DNA of 64,000 nucleotides from Vicinamibacterales bacterium (GTDB lineage: Bacteria > Acidobacteriota > Vicinamibacteria > Vicinamibacterales > UBA8438), in the NCBI GenBank assembly GCA_965200895.1, contig CBDAVM010000002.1, positions 415,077 to 479,076 on the forward strand. Reading direction: 5' to 3'. Shown here piece after piece: positions 17,998 to 28,642 of the stretch. The position numbers and the translations under genes are program-made. The notes under the pieces are model-generated. The model was given only the letters and a program-made list of their open reading frames with translations, had not been told where the DNA came from and made no database searches. Positions within the stretch are counted from its first letter, which is position 1, and every line of letters begins with the position of its first letter.

Positions 17998-19725
17998 ATG
18001 AGAACAGGGCCGAGATGGGGCGCGATCGCGCTGACCGGTGCGCTGGCCGCCACGCTGGCAACGGAAGTGACGTCGGCGCAGGAGCCGGCAGTCTCGTACA
18101 CCCCCGTGACCGACGAGCGGCTGCGGGAGGGAGATCCGAGCGACTGGCTCATGTACCGCCGCACCTATGACAGCCAGGGTTACAGTCCCCTCGATCAGAT
18201 CACGAGAGAGAACGTCGCGGATCTCGTACCCGTCTGGACGATGTCCACCGGCGTGACGTCCGGTCACGAGGCGCCGCCGATCGTCAACGACGGCGTGATG
18301 TTCGTGACGACGCCGGAGGACCGCGTCATCGCCATCGATGCGCGCACCGGCGAGCAGCTCTGGATCTACAACCGGCAGTTCCCGGACGACATGGCCCACC
18401 CGCATCGCACGAACCGCGGCGTCGCCCTGTACGACGACAAGGTCTTCTACACGACGCACGACGCGTTCGTGGTGGCCCTCGACGCGGTGTCGGGAGAGGT
18501 GGTCTGGGAGACTGCGGTCGCCGACTACCGGACCGGGTATTACATGACGATCGCGCCGCTGGTGGCCAACGGCAAGGTGCTCGTCGGCCCCTCGGGCGGC
18601 GAGCGAGGCATCCGCGGGTTCGTGGCGGCGTTCGATCCGGACACGGGCGAGGAGGTGTGGCGTTCCCACACCATCCCGGGACCGGGCGAGCCGGGCATCG
18701 AGACCTGGCCGGGTGAGACGTGGCGCACCGGCGGGGCGTCGATCTGGATCACCGGTTCGTACGATCCGGAGCTGAACATCACCTACTGGGGCACCGGCAA
18801 CCCCGGCCCGTGGATCGGCGACCAGCGACCGGGCGACAACCTCTACACGAACTCGGTCGTGGCGTTCGACGCCGACACCGGCGAGCTGAAGGGCTACCAC
18901 CAGTACCACCACAACGGCTCGTGGGACTGGGACGAAGTCTCCGCGCCGATCCTGATCGACGTCCCGCGCGACGGGCGCACCATTCCCGCGCTCGTGCACC
19001 CGGCCCGCAACGGCTATCTGTGGATGCTGGAACGTCGGGCGGACTCCATCGGCTTCGTCGATGCGCAGCCGTACGTCGACCAGAACGTGTTCACCGCCAT
19101 CGATCCGGTCACCGGCCGGCCGGAGTACGACCTGGAGCGCAAGCCGGGCACCAACAAGCCGGCCACCTTCTGCCCGTCGCTCTGGGGGGGCAAGGACTGG
19201 CCGCCGGCCGCCTACAGCCCGCAGACCGGATACCTCTACATCCCGGCCAACGAGAACCTCTGCTCGACCATGGTCGGCGTGGAGGTGGACTACGTGCCGG
19301 GGCGCGGCTTCACCGGTGCGTCACAGACGGTGTTCGTGGTGGACGACGCCGACCACATCGGAGAGATCCAGGCCTGGAATCTCGCCACCGGCGAACAGGT
19401 GTGGACCCACGAGTTCGCCACGTCCCAGAACTGGGGGCCGATTCTCGCCACCGGCGGCGGCCTGATCTTCGCGGGCGGCACCAACGACCGGTATTTCCGG
19501 GCCCTGGATGCCGAGACGGGCGAGGTCCTGTGGCGGCAGCGGACCAACTCGGGCGTTATCGGGGTGCCCTCGTCCTATACGGTCGACGGGGTGCAGTACA
19601 TCGCGGTGCAGTCCGGCTGGGGAGTGGACGCAGCAGGAATGCAACGGGCGGTGAACACGCACTTCGACGCCGCGAAGCTGGTGCCCCAGGGGGGCGTCAT
19701 CTGGGTCTTCGCGCTCCGTCGATGA
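17998..19725 (+). CDS. PQQ-dependent dehydrogenase, methanol/ethanol family (no vicinal Cys-Cys)
   Basis: Met 57 of ORF 17830..19725. Signal MRTGPRWGAIALTGALAATLA. Motifs: WLMYRRTYDSQGYS, GGERGIRGF, GTGNPGPW, SWDWDE. Confidence 0.9.
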   Translation: MRTGPRWGAIALTGALAATLATEVTSAQEPAVSYTPVTDERLREGDPSDWLMYRRTYDSQGYSPLDQITRENVADLVPVWTMSTGVTSGHEAPPIVNDGVMFVTTPEDRVIAIDARTGEQLWIYNRQFPDDMAHPHRTNRGVALYDDKVFYTTHDAFVVALDAVSGEVVWETAVADYRTGYYMTIAPLVANGKVLVGPSGGERGIRGFVAAFDPDTGEEVWRSHTIPGPGEPGIETWPGETWRTGGASIWITGSYDPELNITYWGTGNPGPWIGDQRPGDNLYTNSVVAFDADTGELKGYHQYHHNGSWDWDEVSAPILIDVPRDGRTIPALVHPARNGYLWMLERRADSIGFVDAQPYVDQNVFTAIDPVTGRPEYDLERKPGTNKPATFCPSLWGGKDWPPAAYSPQTGYLYIPANENLCSTMVGVEVDYVPGRGFTGASQTVFVVDDADHIGEIQAWNLATGEQVWTHEFATSQNWGPILATGGGLIFAGGTNDRYFRALDAETGEVLWRQRTNSGVIGVPSSYTVDGVQYIAVQSGWGVDAAGMQRAVNTHFDAAKLVPQGGVIWVFALRR

Positions 19726-19827
19726 GCGCGAATCGGCGACTCCCGCGCGGTGACCCGTGGCGGCGCGCTGGATGTGCTCTTCGCTTCGCGGCGGAACGAC
19801 GACACCGGAGCGAAGGCGGCGGACGCG

Positions 19828-20946
19828 TCAGTACTCGCGGAAGATCCGTCTGATCTCGTCGAGATCGCGGGTCCTGGTGAGGGCGAGCATCAGCAGGATG
19901 CGGGCCTTCTGCGGGATCAGAGTGTCGGCGGCGATCATCTGCAGCTCGTCGTTCGTGGTGCGCGGCAGGACGCGGCCGCTGCCGACCCGGTTCGAACGCA
20001 CGATGACGGGCCTGGCCGCGGCGGGCAGCGCGGTCACGCGCTCGATCGCCTCGCGCTCGCCGCGCGACATGCCGCCGGCGCCGGTCCCGGCCACCACGAT
20101 GCCGTCGACACCGTCCTCGATCAGCGCCTCGATCAGGACCGGGTTCGCCTCCACGTAGGAGTAGACGATGTCCACCCGCGGGAACGCCGCGACTCCCGCC
20201 AGATCGAACTCCGAATCGGCGGTGTGACGCCTGGTCGGCGCCCGGTAGAAGGTCACCCGGTCGCCGTCGACATAGCCGAGAAACCCCAGCTCTCGCGAGT
20301 TGAAGGTCTCGACGCGGTAGGTACTGGTCTTGGTGACGTCGCGGGCGGCGTTGATCTCGTCGTTCATGACGACCAGCACACCCTTGCCTCGCGCCTCCGC
20401 CGAGACTGCCGTGCGGACCGCGTTCAGCAGGTTCAGCGGGCCGTCGGCACTGATGGCGGTGGCCGGCCGCTGCGCGCCCACCAGCACTACCGGCCGGTCG
20501 TGTCGCACCGTCAGGTTGAGGAAATAGGCGGTCTCTTCGAGCGTGTTCGTCCCGTGCGTGATCACGATGCCGGCGGTGTCCGGCTCGGCGCTGAAGATCT
20601 CGTCGATGCGACGGGCGAGCGTGCGCCAATCGTCGAAGGTGATGTTCGGACTGCCGACGTTGGCGACCTGCTCGACGCGGATGGTGGCGTGCTGCGCCAG
20701 CGCCGGCACCGCCGCGACGAGCTCTTCGCCCGAGAAGGCGCCCGCCCGGTACCGGGTCAGGCTGGTCGGTGAGGCGCCGGCGCCCGAGATGGTGCCACCG
20801 GTGGCGAGCACCCGGACCACGGGCGGATCGGGCGGCGGCGCCTCCTGCGCGACGGTCTGTGCGGCGAGGGCGAGGAGCGTCAGCGCGACGGTCGCGGCGG
20901 ACAGATGTGCGGCCGGCGATCGGCGATCGTCGGCAGGCGCGGCCAT
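19828..20946 (-). CDS. ansB: L-asparaginase, type II (periplasmic)
   Basis: Met 141 of ORF 19828..21366(-). Motifs: LATGGTISG, ITHGTNTLEETAYFL, GAQRPA, VVMNDEI..ARDVTK. Confidence 0.9.
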   Translation of the reverse strand: MAAPADDRRSPAAHLSAATVALTLLALAAQTVAQEAPPPDPPVVRVLATGGTISGAGASPTSLTRYRAGAFSGEELVAAVPALAQHATIRVEQVANVGSPNITFDDWRTLARRIDEIFSAEPDTAGIVITHGTNTLEETAYFLNLTVRHDRPVVLVGAQRPATAISADGPLNLLNAVRTAVSAEARGKGVLVVMNDEINAARDVTKTSTYRVETFNSRELGFLGYVDGDRVTFYRAPTRRHTADSEFDLAGVAAFPRVDIVYSYVEANPVLIEALIEDGVDGIVVAGTGAGGMSRGEREAIERVTALPAAARPVIVRSNRVGSGRVLPRTTNDELQMIAADTLIPQKARILLMLALTRTRDLDEIRRIFREY

Positions 20947-21398
20947 GCCGACGCCGCAGGTTCGTGGACCTCGGCGTACGCACACCCGCGATGCGCCACC
21001 GCGCAGAGGATCACGGGTCCACCTGCACGATGCCTGTCGTGGATTTCGAGGTACGGGAACCGGCGATGCGCCGACGCCGAGCGGTCTTTCATTCATCGGA
21101 TCTCTCCCGCGCCGGCCGCGCGAACGGCGACGCCGTTGCTCGAACGCATGATGTGGCGACGGCCGGGCGCTCCGCCAGGTCGCGCCCCCGCGGCTGACGG
21201 TGCCCCGGTGACGCGGCGGCGGCCGGTCCCGGTCGATTCTACTCGTGGGCCCGTCGGCGACCTGATTGTCTATGATGGTGCACGACCGTTCCGTACGCCA
21301 GGGAGCCCGGGGCGCACCGGTCCCGTGGAATCCCGAAGAGAGGGCGTGCGCGTGGGGAGCAAACACCGAACGGGTGAGAGCAGGAGGGAGCTCGAATC

Positions 21399-22304
21399 AT
21401 GGACAGACGCCAGTTTCTCAAGATGTCGGGGATGACGGTGACGGCGGCGGCATTCGGGAATCTGCCTCTCGCGGGGTGGCAGGGGCTCACCACGTCGTTC
21501 GAGGACCTGCGCCGGGGCGTGGGCATCTTCAACGGCCAGGGCGGCACGATCGGGTGGCTCGTGAACGCGGACGGGATTCTGATCATCGACAGCCAGAACG
21601 CCGCCGCCGCGGCGGCGTGCATCGACGGGATCGGGGAACGGTCGTCGAACGCGATCGACGTCCTGATCAATACCCATCACCACGGTGACCATGTCGGCGC
21701 CAACCAGACGTTCCGGCCGGTGGTCGGCTCCATCGTCGCCCACGAGAACAGCGCGGCGTGGCAGCGGCGGACGGCCGAGCAGGCCGGGAACGAGGATACC
21801 CAGGCCTATCCGGACGAGACCTTCACCGACGAATGGCGGACGACGATCGGTGACGAGACGGTCGCGGCGCGCTATCACGGCGCCGGCCATACGAGCGGCG
21901 ACTGCGTGGTGACCTTCGAGCAGGCCAACGTCGTGCACATGGGCGATCTGATGTTCAACCGCCTGCACCCGTTCGTCGACCGCGCCTCGGGCGCCCGGAT
22001 CGCGGGCTGGATCGAGGTGCTGGAGCGGGTGTCGGCGGACCATGCGGCCGACACGGTCTACATCTTCGGACACGGGACGCCCGGCGCTGGGGTGACGGGC
22101 GACCAGGCCGATCTCGCACACCTGCGCGACTACTTCACGGCAGCGCTGGAACTGACCCGCCGCGAGATGCAGGCCGGCCGGTCACGGGAGGAGATCGTCG
22201 GCACGGAGTCGCTGCCCGGTTTCGAGGACCACGTGTCGCCGTTCGCACTGCTCAGCCTGAGCGGCGTGCTCGGCGTGGCGTACGACGAGCTCGGCGAGGG
22301 GTGA
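21399..22304 (+). CDS. MBL-fold metallo-hydrolase with Tat signal
   Basis: ORF 21399..22304. Tat signal DRRQFLKMSGMTV. Metal-binding motif NTHHHGDHVG. Confidence 0.85.
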   Translation: MDRRQFLKMSGMTVTAAAFGNLPLAGWQGLTTSFEDLRRGVGIFNGQGGTIGWLVNADGILIIDSQNAAAAAACIDGIGERSSNAIDVLINTHHHGDHVGANQTFRPVVGSIVAHENSAAWQRRTAEQAGNEDTQAYPDETFTDEWRTTIGDETVAARYHGAGHTSGDCVVTFEQANVVHMGDLMFNRLHPFVDRASGARIAGWIEVLERVSADHAADTVYIFGHGTPGAGVTGDQADLAHLRDYFTAALELTRREMQAGRSREEIVGTESLPGFEDHVSPFALLSLSGVLGVAYDELGEG

Positions 22305-22418
22305 GTCGGAGGACCTCAGCTCGAACCAGTCGCGAGGAGAAACGTCATGGCTACGCCCTCCGCGCCGGCCGTGCGCGACCCGATCAGCGCCCATTCCGAG
22401 TTGTCGAGGAGGACAATC

Positions 22419-24071
22419 GTGCGCTTCATGTTCTTGAGACCGATCGTCGTTGCCGCCGCCGTTGTCGTCGCCGTCTCCACCGCGGGCAGGGCCCGCCTGA
22501 CCGCCGCCGAGCCCCGTTCCGCCGCCGAGGCGCAGGAAGCGGCCGACGCGCGCCTGCAGCAGCTTCGGGCCGAGGCACTCGATGGCGTCGACGGCCGCCG
22601 CGCCTTCATCCAGCAGATGATCGACAGCCAGTTCAGCTTCGCCGAGCTCGGCTTCCAGGAGTTCGAGACCCAGCGCTACCTCACCGGGATCCTCGAGCGG
22701 GAGGGTTTCGAGATCGAGCTGGGGACAGCCGGCATGCCGAGCGCTTGGCTCGCCCGGTGGGGTTCCGGACGACCGGTGATCGCGCTCGGCAGCGATGTCG
22801 ACGGCATCCCCAGGTCGTCGCAGATACCCGGCGCGGCGTACCGCCAGCCGCAGATCGAAGGGGCGCCGGGGCACGGCGAGGGCCACAACTCCGGCCAGGC
22901 CCTGAACATCGCCGCGGCGCTCGCGGTGAAGGAGATCATGGAGCGGGAGGAGCTCGCCGGCACGCTGCTGATCTGGCCCGGGATCGCCGAGGAGCAGCTC
23001 GGCGGCAAGGCCCACTTCGTGCGGGCGGGCGTGTTCGACGACGTCGACATCGTCCTCTACAGTCACGTCAGCAGCGCGATGTCGACCGCCTGGGGCGACA
23101 GCCGGGGCAACGGGATGGTCTCGGTCGAATACACCTTCGAGGGCGAATCCGCCCACGGCGCGGGCGATCCGTGGAACGGGCGGAGCGCGCTCGACGCGGT
23201 CGAGCTGATGAACATCGGCTGGAACTTCCGGCGCGAGCACCTGCGCATCCAGCAGCGCTCGCACTACGTCATCAGCGACGGCGGCGACCAGCCCAACGTG
23301 GTGCCGTCGCGCGCCAGCGTCTGGTACTTCTTCCGCGAGAGCGACTACGACAACATCATGCGGATGTGGCGGATCGGCGACGCGATGGCCGAGGGCGCGG
23401 CGAAGATGACCGACACCACGGTCACCTCGCGCGTCCTCGGCGCGGCCTGGCCGCAGCACCACAACCGCGTGGTTGCCGAGACGATGTTCACCCACATCCG
23501 GCGGGTGGGGATGCCCGACTGGTCGGAGGACGACCAGCGCTTCGCCCGCGCCGTCCAGAAGATGCTCGGGGTCGAGGAGCGGGGCCTGTTGACCGAGGCG
23601 CAGGACGAGCTGGTTGGCGCCGAGCGCATTCCCGACAACGAGCGGCGCGGCGGCGGCTCCGACGACATCGGCGACGTCTCGTGGGTCGTGCCGACCGCCA
23701 CGTTGCGGTTCCCGTCCAACATCCCCGGCGGCGCGGGCCACAACTGGAACAAGACCATCGCCATGGCCACGCCGATCGCCCACCAGGGGGCGACCACCGG
23801 GGCGAAGGTCCAGGCGCTGACCCTGCTCGACTTCGTATTGCAGCCCGACCTTGTGCAGCAGGCGAAGGACTATTTCGACAACCAGACGAAGGACCGGCAG
23901 TACACGACCTTCCTGCGCCCCGAGGACGAGCCGGCGATCTGGCTGAACCGCGACATCATGGAGCGCTTCAAGCCGCAGCTCGAGGCGCTCTACTTCGACC
24001 CGACGCGCTACGACACGTACCTGGAGCAGGTGGGTATCGAGTACCCGCAGTTCGAGCCGCCGCAGAATTGA
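22419..24071 (+). CDS. peptidase M20 family amidohydrolase (AbgB-like)
   Basis: ORF 22347..24071. GTG at 22419 lies 6 nt after GAGGAGG. Signal FMFLRPIVVAAAVVVAV. Motifs: FSFAELGFQEFET, GSDVDGIP, GHGEGHNSG. Confidence 0.85.
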   Translation: MRFMFLRPIVVAAAVVVAVSTAGRARLTAAEPRSAAEAQEAADARLQQLRAEALDGVDGRRAFIQQMIDSQFSFAELGFQEFETQRYLTGILEREGFEIELGTAGMPSAWLARWGSGRPVIALGSDVDGIPRSSQIPGAAYRQPQIEGAPGHGEGHNSGQALNIAAALAVKEIMEREELAGTLLIWPGIAEEQLGGKAHFVRAGVFDDVDIVLYSHVSSAMSTAWGDSRGNGMVSVEYTFEGESAHGAGDPWNGRSALDAVELMNIGWNFRREHLRIQQRSHYVISDGGDQPNVVPSRASVWYFFRESDYDNIMRMWRIGDAMAEGAAKMTDTTVTSRVLGAAWPQHHNRVVAETMFTHIRRVGMPDWSEDDQRFARAVQKMLGVEERGLLTEAQDELVGAERIPDNERRGGGSDDIGDVSWVVPTATLRFPSNIPGGAGHNWNKTIAMATPIAHQGATTGAKVQALTLLDFVLQPDLVQQAKDYFDNQTKDRQYTTFLRPEDEPAIWLNRDIMERFKPQLEALYFDPTRYDTYLEQVGIEYPQFEPPQN

Positions 24072-24079
24072 GGCGTGGG

Positions 24080-25629
24080 GTGCGTCGGAGAATCCTGACG
24101 CTGGCCGGCGTGCTGCTGGCGACGGTGACGTACGGGGCGCAGCAGGAGCACGGAGACCTCGAGGTCACGCCGGCGGTCACCCGTGCCGCGGCCCGGACCG
24201 GCCTGCAGACGAACCGGGATCCGTGGCCGACGCCCATCGAGCACACCGGAAGGGTCATCACCGTCGGCCTCGAGGAGTTTGCCGTCCTGCCCGATTCGGA
24301 CGGCCAGCCGGCGCACATGATGCTGCTGTTGGACGAGCCGGGCGCCGGGCGCCTGTTCGTCAACGACATCCGCGGCGTGCTCTACGGCGTCAGCTACACG
24401 GGTACGGCGGTGACCCCGTATCTGGACCTGGGCGACCCGCGCTGGGCGCTCGATCTCGACGTCGGGTCCTTTCGCGCCGGGAGCGGCTTTCAGAGCTTCG
24501 CCTTTCATCCGCAGTTCAACGACATCGGCACGGCCGGCTTCGGCCGGTTCTACACGCTCAGCGAGACGCGCAACACGGTCCCGACCCCCGACTTCGCCGT
24601 AGGCAGCGACGCGCGGTGGTGCCGGAGACCGACACGGTTCTGTTGGAGTGGGCGGCCCGCGAGCCCTCGGCCGCCGCCTACGATGGCGGCCCGCCGCGCG
24701 AGCTGCTGCGGATAAGACAGCCGTTCGTCGGCCACAACGGATGCCAGATCGCCTTCAATCCGACCGCGGCGCCCGGAGACGCCGACTTCGGTCTGCTCCA
24801 TGTCGGCATCGGCGACGGCGGCAGCCAGGGGGATCCGCTCGATCTGGCGCAGGATCTCGGATCGGTCTTCGGCAAGATCCTGCGGATCGACCCGCTCGGC
24901 GGCGACAGCGCCAACCGCCGCTACGGCATCCCGGCCGACAATCCGTTCGCCGGCGGGGGCGCGCTGGGTGAGATATACGCCTACGGCATGCGGCATCCGC
25001 AACGGTTCGCCTGGGACCCGCTGCACGGCGCCCTGTTCGTCGCCGACATCGGCCAGGACGTCGTCGAAGAGGTGAGCCCGGTCACACCGGGCGCCAATCT
25101 CGGCTGGAAGGTGTGGGAGGGGAGTTTCCGCCATGATCAGGGAGTGCAGCCGTACGCCGTGCATCTGGACGGTCCGCGCGCCGACCCCGGGATGACGTAT
25201 CCGATCGTCGAATACGACCATCGCGACCCGCTGCTGCAGGCGGACGATGTCGCCATCACCGGCCTCGTGATCCAGCGCGGAATCGCCGTTCCGCAGCTTG
25301 CGAATCTCTTCCTCTTCGGCGATCTCGTAAGTGGCGAGGTGTTCGCCGCCCCGGCCGACGTCGCGCTCGACGGCGGTCAGCGGATGCACCGTGTACTGTT
25401 CGAGGACCAGGGCATGACGGCGAGCCTGCTCGAGATGATCCGCGCGCGCAACGTTGCGCAGGGACAGCCGGTCGCCAGCCGCGCCGACCTGCGTTTCGGA
25501 ACCGGCCCGGGAGGGCAGGTCTTCCTGCTCAACAAGCGTGACGGTCTGATCCGCCGTCTCCGTCCGAGCCGTCCGGCGCCGGTGTGCCCCGTGACCGTCC
25601 CCGGTTGCGGCCTCGACCGCACGCCGTGA
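24080..25629 (+). pseudogene. PQQ-dependent sugar dehydrogenase (sGDH/sorbosone-DH family), frameshifted near 24610-24625
   Basis: The N-terminal half is the tail of ORF 22301..24715 and the C-terminal half is ORF 24223..25629. Both halves are collinear with the intact paralogue 28643..30067 (e.g. PDFAVGSDA | TDTVLLEWAAREP versus ADFTPDGGADAQDTILLEWTAADP). Confidence 0.7.
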
Positions 25630-25717
25630 TGCCGCCGCCGGGCGGTCCGCCCTGGCCGCCGTGTGGACACCGCCGTGGCGCTGTAGCGGGTAACCGTTGC
25701 TCACGGCTCCGCAGCAG

Positions 25718-27334
25718 CTACCGCGCGCCGGGCCCGTACAGCACGCGGCCCGGTCGCGCGCCGGTGTGCGCGCCGCCGTCGACGGCCAGGACGCCGTTGA
25801 CGAGCACGTACTCGACGCCGGCGGCGTACTGGTGCGGATCCGCGAAGGTCGCACGGTCGATGACGCGGGCGGGGTCGAAGACCGCGATGTCGGCGAAGAA
25901 GCCCTCGCGCAGCAGGCCGCGATCCTGCAGGCCGAGCCGCCCGGCGGTGGCGCCGCTCATCTTGCGCACCGCCTCTTCCAGGGTCAGCACGCCGCGCTCG
26001 CGCACATAGCGTCCGAGCACCCGGGCGAACGTGCCGTACTCGCGCGGGTGCGGCACGCTGGCGCCGAACACCGACACGCCGCCGTCCGAGCCGATGGCGG
26101 TGGCCGGGTGCTGCATGATGCGCTCGACATCGCCCTCGTCCATCGCGTGGTAGATGGCCCGGGCCCCGCCGCGCTCGACGATCTCCATGACCAGGTCGGC
26201 GGCGGCGGCCACCGTCACCTCGATCCCGCGCCCGGCGAGGATGTCGGCGAGGCTGCGGCCCTCCAGCGAACGGTCCCATTCGCAGAGGCCGATGACGATA
26301 TTGGCCGGATCGCCGCCGCCGCGGTCGTGCTCGATGCGGTAGACGATCTCGCCGCGGATGCGCCGGCGTGTCTCCGGGTCCTGCAACCGCACGATCAGCT
26401 CCTGCGTTCCGCCGGCCTGCGCCCACTGCGGCACCACGGCGGTGATCCCCGTCTGCGAGGCCGTGTAGGGATACTGGTCGATGGTGATGTCGACCCCGCG
26501 CGCCCGCGCCGCGTCCACCAGCGCGAGGCTGTCGGTGCTGCGGCCCCACATGTCGCGGCTGATCGCCTTGTGGTGGGTCATCTGCACCGGGATGCCCGCC
26601 TCCTCGCCGATGCGGATCGTCTCCCGCACCGAGTCGAGCAGCCGCAGCGCCTCGTCGCGCATGTGCGAGATGTAGATGCCGCCATGCGCCGCCGCGACCG
26701 CGGACAGCGCGATCACCTCCTCGGTCGACGTGAAGCTGCCCGGCACGTAGAACAGACCGGTGGACAGTCCGAACGCCCCCTCCTGCATCGCGTCGGCGAC
26801 GAGCGTCCGCATGCGGTCGAGTTCGTCGCGCGTCGGAGCGCGGTCGTCGCTGCCCATGACCTCGCGGCGGATCGTCCCCTGGCCCGCGAAGACTCCCCAG
26901 TTCGGGCTGATCCCCAGCTCGGCCATCTGCTCCAGGTGCTCGCCGATCGGCCACGGCGAGCTGCCGTCGTTCCCCTCGGTCAGCGTCGTCACGCCCTGCA
27001 GCAGGTAGTTGTCCGCCGTCGGCACGTCGAAGATGCCGCGGACCGCGTGCGTGTGCGGATCCACGAACCCCGGCGCCACCACCAGCCCTTCGGCATCGAC
27101 GATGCGGGCCGCGGTGGCGTCGGGCAGGTGGCCGATGCGTGCGATCCGGTCCCCACGCACTGCGACGTCGGCGCGCACCCAGGGATTTCCGGTGCCGTCG
27201 ACGACCCGCCCGCCGCGGATGAGCAGGTCGAACGGGTCGCCCGTCTGCCCGGCCGCGGGTGTTGCGGACAGGCCCAGAGTGAAGAGGAGCAGCAGTCCTG
27301 CCGTGCGTGTCATGGTCGATCGCTCTTGCTGCAT
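25718..27334 (-). CDS. N-acyl-D-amino-acid deacylase (D-aminoacylase) family amidohydrolase
   Basis: Within ORF 25718..28012(-). ATG at 27334 lies 7 nt after GGGAG (alternative ATG at 27313). Signal TRTAGLLLLFTLGLSATPAAG. Motifs: PGFVDPHTH, ISHMRDE, IDQYPY, GSDG. Confidence 0.9.
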   Translation of the reverse strand: MQQERSTMTRTAGLLLLFTLGLSATPAAGQTGDPFDLLIRGGRVVDGTGNPWVRADVAVRGDRIARIGHLPDATAARIVDAEGLVVAPGFVDPHTHAVRGIFDVPTADNYLLQGVTTLTEGNDGSSPWPIGEHLEQMAELGISPNWGVFAGQGTIRREVMGSDDRAPTRDELDRMRTLVADAMQEGAFGLSTGLFYVPGSFTSTEEVIALSAVAAAHGGIYISHMRDEALRLLDSVRETIRIGEEAGIPVQMTHHKAISRDMWGRSTDSLALVDAARARGVDITIDQYPYTASQTGITAVVPQWAQAGGTQELIVRLQDPETRRRIRGEIVYRIEHDRGGGDPANIVIGLCEWDRSLEGRSLADILAGRGIEVTVAAAADLVMEIVERGGARAIYHAMDEGDVERIMQHPATAIGSDGGVSVFGASVPHPREYGTFARVLGRYVRERGVLTLEEAVRKMSGATAGRLGLQDRGLLREGFFADIAVFDPARVIDRATFADPHQYAAGVEYVLVNGVLAVDGGAHTGARPGRVLYGPGAR

Positions 27335-27400
27335 GGTGGCACTCCCGAACCGCGGCGTGGGTGTCATGGTCCGTCGCTCTCGGTGCATGGTGGCGCTCCC
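27307..27400. repeat. tandem duplication (period 54 bp) of the D-aminoacylase translation-initiation region
   Basis: GTGTCATGGTCGATCGCTCTTGCTGCATGGTGGCACTCCC (27307..27346) versus GTGTCATGGTCCGTCGCTCTCGGTGCATGGTGGCGCTCCC (27361..27400). Confidence 0.85.
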
Positions 27401-27481
27401 GGGCGCGAATCCGGCTCGAGTCCGGAAGCGCAAGTATAGTTTTGCGGGCGCCGCATCCGGCGCCGGAGGGGAGAAACGGAG

Positions 27482-28405
27482 ATGAAACGTAGCGTGTGCA
27501 TGGGAATCCTGACTCTGGTCGGCGTGGTTCTGACGGCGGCGACCTACGAGGCGCGGCAGGGGCGGGTGGACCTCGAGGTCCAGACGATCGCCGACAACCT
27601 CTACATGCTCGCCAACGCCTCCACGGTGCAGGGGATGGGCGGCGGCGGCAACACCGCCATCTTCGTCATGGACGACGGCGTGGCACTCGTCGACACGAAA
27701 ATCGCCGGCTACGGGCAGGACATCATCGCCCACGTGGCCGGGATCACCGACAAGCCGATCACCACCGTCATCAACACGCACACCCACTTCGACCACAGCG
27801 GCGGCAACACCGAGCTGCCCGACACGGTCGACTTCGTGGTCCACGAGAACACCCGCGCGCAGATGGCCCGCGACACCTGCCAGCCGGTGACCAACTGCGA
27901 CGCCTTCAAGGGCGACAACGCGAAGTACCTGCCGCAGACCACCTACTCCGACCGCATGTCGCTGTTCGCCGGCGCCGATCAGATCGACCTCTACCACTTC
28001 GGACGCGGGCACACCGACGGCGACACGTTCGTCGTCTTCCGGGCGGCGCGCACCCTACACACCGGCGACATGTTCCAGCGCAAGGGCCTGCCGTTCATCG
28101 ACGTGGCCAACGGCAACGGCAGCGCCACCGAGTTCGGCGCCACGCTGGAGAAGGCGGTGGCCGGCATCCCGGACGTGGACATCGTCATTCCGGGCCACAA
28201 CCCGACGCCGGTTACCTGGGCCGAGTTCGTCGACTTCAGCGGGTTCTTCAATGACGTGGTGCGCAAGGCGCAGAACGGCAGGGCCGCCGGGCGGTCCGTC
28301 GAGGAAATCGTCGCCGCCTACCGCGTGCCCGACGAGTACAGCGACTTCGCAGCGCCGGAACAGAGCCTGCGGACGACCGTGCAGTACGTCTACGACGGGC
28401 GGTAG
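27482..28405 (+). CDS. MBL-fold metallo-hydrolase, secreted
   Basis: ORF 27482..28405. Signal MKRSVCMGILTLVGVVLTAA. Metal-binding motif NTHTHFDHSGGN. Confidence 0.85.
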   Translation: MKRSVCMGILTLVGVVLTAATYEARQGRVDLEVQTIADNLYMLANASTVQGMGGGGNTAIFVMDDGVALVDTKIAGYGQDIIAHVAGITDKPITTVINTHTHFDHSGGNTELPDTVDFVVHENTRAQMARDTCQPVTNCDAFKGDNAKYLPQTTYSDRMSLFAGADQIDLYHFGRGHTDGDTFVVFRAARTLHTGDMFQRKGLPFIDVANGNGSATEFGATLEKAVAGIPDVDIVIPGHNPTPVTWAEFVDFSGFFNDVVRKAQNGRAAGRSVEEIVAAYRVPDEYSDFAAPEQSLRTTVQYVYDGR

Positions 28406-28642
28406 GGACATCCCGGCGACCGGCCGGAGAGCTTGCAGAGCCACGCGCCCTCGGCGGCGTGCGCGGCGTTGACGATGCGCCGCGCACGCACCACCGCTTC
28501 CGAACGACGGAACCTTCGTCGCCACGCCCCGAATCGAAGGAGCTCCGTCTCGCGTGGTGACGGGCATGATGCGCATGACGGGTGCATCTCTGCGCTTTCG
28601 GAAGAGTAAAGGGCGCCGCCCCGGATGGCGTCAGGAGGCTAC

